From assembly GCA_016192455.1 (NCBI GenBank), contig JACPUC010000027.1, positions 45,690-65,689 of the forward strand: 20,000 bases of DNA. Direction: 5' to 3'. The notes under the pieces are model-generated. The model did not search any database and was not told the DNA's origin. It saw nothing but the letters and a program-made list of their open reading frames with translations. Within the stretch, counting starts at the first letter, position 1; every line of letters starts with the position of its first letter. This DNA comes from Candidatus Tectimicrobiota bacterium (GTDB lineage Bacteria; JACPUC01). Positions 16,416 to 20,000 of this stretch are shown here, in pieces. The position numbers were made by a program, and so were the translations under genes.

Positions 16416-16798
16416 CTCTGCGGGAGAGCCACCCGACCTCTCGCTCCGCTCGCCGACCGTGTGTGACGCCAGCGCTTGCCGCCAACACTCGCCCCCCTCA
16501 GGTTCCTCCCAGCGACAAGCTTCGGTGGCGCTGAAGGTTTTGCGGGGGAGACTCTCCTTTTCGACTCATCATGCATCTTCCGAGAAGGGAAAAGTAAAAA
16601 TCAGTGGGCATTCCCTAAGCAATAGGTGTAAGAAGTTCGCTGACGACCTTGAGGCGTTGCGGGCGGCCCGATATGGGGGCGGTGGGGGCCGCGCTCTCCC
16701 ACGCGCCGGCAGGTCGGACGCAGACAGGCGAGGGGGCGAGGTTCCCTCGCACAACCTGGGGGACAGCAGAGGGGACGGTAGAGCGCAAGGAGAGCGTC

Positions 16799-18853
16799 AT
16801 GCCCTTGGACATGAGCTTAAACGATAGAGTGAAGCCGGAACCGCCGACGCCCGAGGAGTTGGCCTGGGCCGCGAAGCTGCTGCCGGGCGACTACGAAATC
16901 TACAGCGAGAAGCTGAACATGATCTGCGTGGAGGCGAGGGAGATCTTCGCGCGCATGGGGGTCTCCGCGCTCATCCACGCGGGCGACATGGTGGTGGCCA
17001 TGTACAGCGCCCAGGGTGACCAGATCACGGCGGTGGCGGGCACCTTCCTCCATTCGGTGACCGGCATCGTGCCGATCAAGTTCATTCTCAAGCACTGGTT
17101 GACCAATGAGTCCGTCGGCGTGCGCGAAGGCGACATCTTCTACTGCAACGACGCCCACTACGGCGGCGTGCACAACGCCGATCAGCTCGCCATCATGCCG
17201 GTCTTCTTTGAAGGGGAGTTGATCGCCTGGACCGTCGGGGCGGCGCATCAAACCGAGACCGGCGCCACCGAGCCGGGAGGCATGCCCGTCAGCGCCCGCA
17301 GCCGCTACGACGAGGGCATGAGCCTGTCGCCGATCAAGATCGCCCAGAACTACCGCATGAAGGACGACCTCGTCGAGATGTGCGCCAACATGATCTCGCG
17401 GGCGCCGCGCATGCAGGTGCTCGACATGAAGGCGCGGGCCGCGGCGGCCGACCGCATGCGGGTGCGCCTTCAGGAGCTGGCGCGCGCCAAGGGCGCCGGG
17501 TTCCTCAAGGGGCTGTTCCGTAGGATGCTGCAGCATACCGAGGAGGCGACGCGGGCCCGCATCGCAAGCTGGAACGATGGCGACTACCGCCACGTCGTCT
17601 TCACGGACACCACCGGCCTGCGCGACGCCCTGGGGCGCATCTACCTGACGACGCGCAAGCGCGGCGATCAACTGGTCTTCGACTTCACCGGCACCTCGCC
17701 GGAGAACGAGGGGTCGTACCACGCCTTCCTCCATGTGGTGCGGGCCGCGGCGGCCTGCTACTTCTACCAGCACCCGTTCCATGACTTCCCGATCTCCTCC
17801 GGCCTCTACGCCCCCATGGAGTTCATCGCCCCCCAGGGGTGCATGCTGAACGCCAGCCCCGAGGCCGCCATCTGCAACTCTCCCATCATCCTCATGAACA
17901 TCTGGCAGCCCCTCTGCATCACCTTCTCGAAGATGATGTTCGACAGCCCGATGCGGCATCTCTGCACCGGCTATGTCAACGCGGCCGGCAGCGGCGGCGT
18001 CATGAGCGGCGTCAACCAGTGGGGCGTGCGGCAGACCGACATGCTCAGCTATCCCCTCAACTCCGCCGGCGCCGGCGCCCGGCACGACATGGACGGCGTG
18101 GATAACTACGGCTTCCCCTATGCCCCCACCGGCAAGGGCGCCGAGGTGGAAGACTGCGAGAACGAGCAGGGACACCTGCACCTCTTCCAGCGCCGTCTGC
18201 GCGATTACCTCGGCTTCGGCAAATATCGCGGCGGCATCGGCCTGACGGCCGCCTACACGCCGCACCTGGTGCCGCGCATCGCCTACATGAACTTCGCCAA
18301 GGAATCGCGCTTCCCGGCGCACTCCGGCCTCTTCGGCGGCTACCCCTGCTCCACCCACCCGGGCATTCAAGTCAACGGCAGCAATTTCCACGACAAGATG
18401 GCGCGCGGCGACGACGACCTCCCCATGAACGTCATGGAGCTCATGAAGGAGCGCCGGCTGCAAGGAACGTACGTGGTGGAGAGCAAGACGCGCAGCGTGC
18501 GCGTGCTGGAGAAGGATGACGTGTTCGTGCTCGTCGTCCACGGCGGCGGCGGGTACGGTGACGTGCTCGAGCGCGATCCCCAGGCGGTGGTGGAAGACCT
18601 GCGCAACGGCATCATCTCGCATCGCGTCGCGGAGCAGATTTTCCAGGTGGCGTACGACCACGCCACCCTGCAGGTGGATGAGCCGGCCACCGCCGAGCGA
18701 CGGCGGGCCGCGCGCCGCGAACGACTGCGCCGCGCCCTCCCCTATGAGAGCTTCATCGCCGCTTGGTCCACGAAGAAGCCGAGGGATGAGGTTCTCGTCG
18801 TCTATGGCTCCTGGCCGGATGCTCGCCCGACGCGCGAAATTATCAGGATGTGA
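16799..18853 (+). CDS. Hydantoinase B/oxoprolinase family protein, acetophenone/acetone carboxylase metal-binding-subunit-like (684 aa)
   Basis: ATG 16799 after AAGGAG; GTFLH, GDIFYCNDAHYGGVHNADQ, AHQTETGATEPGGMPVSA, NQWG, GKYRGG, GGGGYGD.LERDP, YGSWPDA. From memory, these resemble acetophenone carboxylase Apc4/ApcD more than the other two B subunits here. Confidence 0.88.
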   Translation: MPLDMSLNDRVKPEPPTPEELAWAAKLLPGDYEIYSEKLNMICVEAREIFARMGVSALIHAGDMVVAMYSAQGDQITAVAGTFLHSVTGIVPIKFILKHWLTNESVGVREGDIFYCNDAHYGGVHNADQLAIMPVFFEGELIAWTVGAAHQTETGATEPGGMPVSARSRYDEGMSLSPIKIAQNYRMKDDLVEMCANMISRAPRMQVLDMKARAAAADRMRVRLQELARAKGAGFLKGLFRRMLQHTEEATRARIASWNDGDYRHVVFTDTTGLRDALGRIYLTTRKRGDQLVFDFTGTSPENEGSYHAFLHVVRAAAACYFYQHPFHDFPISSGLYAPMEFIAPQGCMLNASPEAAICNSPIILMNIWQPLCITFSKMMFDSPMRHLCTGYVNAAGSGGVMSGVNQWGVRQTDMLSYPLNSAGAGARHDMDGVDNYGFPYAPTGKGAEVEDCENEQGHLHLFQRRLRDYLGFGKYRGGIGLTAAYTPHLVPRIAYMNFAKESRFPAHSGLFGGYPCSTHPGIQVNGSNFHDKMARGDDDLPMNVMELMKERRLQGTYVVESKTRSVRVLEKDDVFVLVVHGGGGYGDVLERDPQAVVEDLRNGIISHRVAEQIFQVAYDHATLQVDEPATAERRRAARRERLRRALPYESFIAAWSTKKPRDEVLVVYGSWPDARPTREIIRM

Positions 18854-18873
18854 GCGAGCCGCCGCGGGGAGGA

Positions 18874-18978
18874 GTGGCTGGCCTGCGGCTCAGCCTCACG
18901 ATCGCCCTCATCCTGGCGATCTTCGTCGAGATCTTGATGGGCGGGAACGGCCTCGGCTTCCTCAGCGTCGACTACTGA
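18874..18978 (+). pseudogene. Fragment of an SsuC/TauC/NitT-type ABC permease
   Basis: VAGLRLSLTIALILAIFVEILMGGNGLGFLSVDY* matches the aGlR......a...E......GLG motif of this family; only 34 aa long, ending where AT-rich DNA begins. Confidence 0.6.
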
Positions 18979-19071
18979 CTCATGATAAGTACCGTAACAA
19001 TGTCCTACCTAATCAGCAATATTCAGCAGAAGCTAGCCACAAGTAGTAAACTGGCATAGGCGGGAGGATCT

Positions 19072-19710
19072 ATGAACTATCACGACTATTTCAGAAAGCC
19101 AGAAAGACAGCTCTTATTGTCCCTCCCCTGGGCACTCTTAGAAAAATTGGACAATCAAGTTGTTACCCGAAGTAACTACTTTCTAACAGCAAATGCTTTT
19201 TTATTAATAGCATACGTCCAGGCATTAAACGGGCATGAACGAGTAGCGCTTATGATTTCAATAACTTCTTTTTGCGGCGCACTGGCTTGGCTCCAAGTAG
19301 GCCGATTAACTGCGCACTTTCATAGGGGCTATCATCGACTAACTATGTTTCGCTATCCTATAATAAGACACACTGAACGCATAATTGGACGCAAGCCACG
19401 ATTCCGTCGCATATTTAGTAGTGCACCTTTGCAGGCTACAGGCATACCACTTATACTTCTTGTCTTGTGGTCTGCGTTAGTAACTAGATCTCTCTTACGG
19501 GCACAAGTTATCACAAAGGAGTCATCAACAACGTTATATAATTTCGTAAGAATATGTGTTGACGACTACTTTTTCTATTTATTCTTCATAATCCTCCTAG
19601 CATGTCTTGTTTTCTGGAGTCTTCGAACTCGTTGCCTTCACCGTAAATTGTATTTCACAGTAAAGGCGGGGGTGGATCGTGTTGCAACTATAAAATGTAT
19701 GGTCAAATAG
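19072..19710 (+). CDS. Low-GC hypothetical membrane protein (212 aa, about 4 TM segments)
   Basis: GGGAGG RBS; hydrophobic stretches YFLTANAFLLIAYV, LMISITSFCGALAW, GIPLILLVLWSALV, YFFYLFFIILLACLVFW; AT-rich codons unlike its neighbours. Confidence 0.8.
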   Translation: MNYHDYFRKPERQLLLSLPWALLEKLDNQVVTRSNYFLTANAFLLIAYVQALNGHERVALMISITSFCGALAWLQVGRLTAHFHRGYHRLTMFRYPIIRHTERIIGRKPRFRRIFSSAPLQATGIPLILLVLWSALVTRSLLRAQVITKESSTTLYNFVRICVDDYFFYLFFIILLACLVFWSLRTRCLHRKLYFTVKAGVDRVATIKCMVK

Positions 19711-19826
19711 ATGTGCCGGTATTATCTAATTCTGGTCACATAATTTGTTAGGAACGTTCTGATTAGTTATGGGGTCCTATGTTTACTAGCTCATGGAGAT
19801 TCTACACAGAGCGAATCGTGGCCGGG

Positions 19827-20000
19827 CTACGATGCCGCGCCCGGTTGCAGGAAGAGCGCGACGCCGGCGGCCGGAGCAGCCTTCACCAGCTCCTCATCGA
19901 ACGTCGCCAGGGGGGATGCCGTGCGCAGCGCCAGCTCGAGGTAGGCAGCGTCGTAGGCGGTAAGCTGGTAGGTGCGGGCGAGGGAGAGGAGGGTGACTTC
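19827..20000 (-). CDS. vapC: VapC/PIN-domain toxin, C-terminal part (gene starts beyond the window)
   Basis: Translated by hand: EVTLLSLARTYQLTAYDAAYLELALRTASPLATFDEELVKAAPAAGVALFLQPGAAS*. L.AYDAAYL.LA and LATFD are PIN motifs. Confidence 0.9.
   Translation of the reverse strand, partial: EVTLLSLARTYQLTAYDAAYLELALRTASPLATFDEELVKAAPAAGVALFLQPGAAS

Noticed and set aside
16420-16502. Glycine riboswitch-like words (GCGGGAGAG, CGCCGA, CTCAGG)
   Set aside because: The P2/P3 helices do not form, the GAAG and A-rich conserved segments are missing, and there is no second aptamer.
16606-16621. Sigma54-like GG-N10-GC upstream of the carboxylase-like gene
   Set aside because: The -12 element is AAGC rather than TTGC and the -24 lacks the leading T; too weak to call.
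452-18661. Long antisense or alternative-frame ORFs (452-2443 +, 552-1922 -, 3073-4434 -, 8399-9256 +, 11487-13781 -, 16817-18661 - and similar)
   Set aside because: Shadow ORFs of GC-rich genes; they overlap well-supported genes and have no recognisable motifs.

Overview
GC-rich bacterial DNA in two parts. (1) 1-13958 is a catabolic cluster with mirror-image architecture: hydantoinase/oxoprolinase B (partial) and A on the minus strand, a Liv-type ABC importer (binding protein + livHMGF) on the plus strand, then a second, convergent, close paralog of the binding protein divergently paired with a second close paralog of the B subunit, followed by a cytoplasmic molybdopterin oxidoreductase. Both divergent intergenic regions share a 24-bp box containing TGACA-N2-TGTCA. 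The second region also holds a 28-bp repeat at a 61-bp period (two identical copies, one degenerate; type I-E CRISPR-like geometry) whose first spacer contains a near-consensus parS site. (2) 14000-20000 is an accessory mosaic: a decayed gene, an AT-richer DUF3467-antitoxin-RelE operon behind a sigma54-type promoter, probable phage lysis-gene remnants, an orphan acetophenone/acetone-carboxylase-like B subunit, a short SsuC/NitT-type permease fragment, a low-GC membrane protein, and the 3' end of a VapC/PIN toxin. All family calls come from motif recognition by eye; no searches were run.
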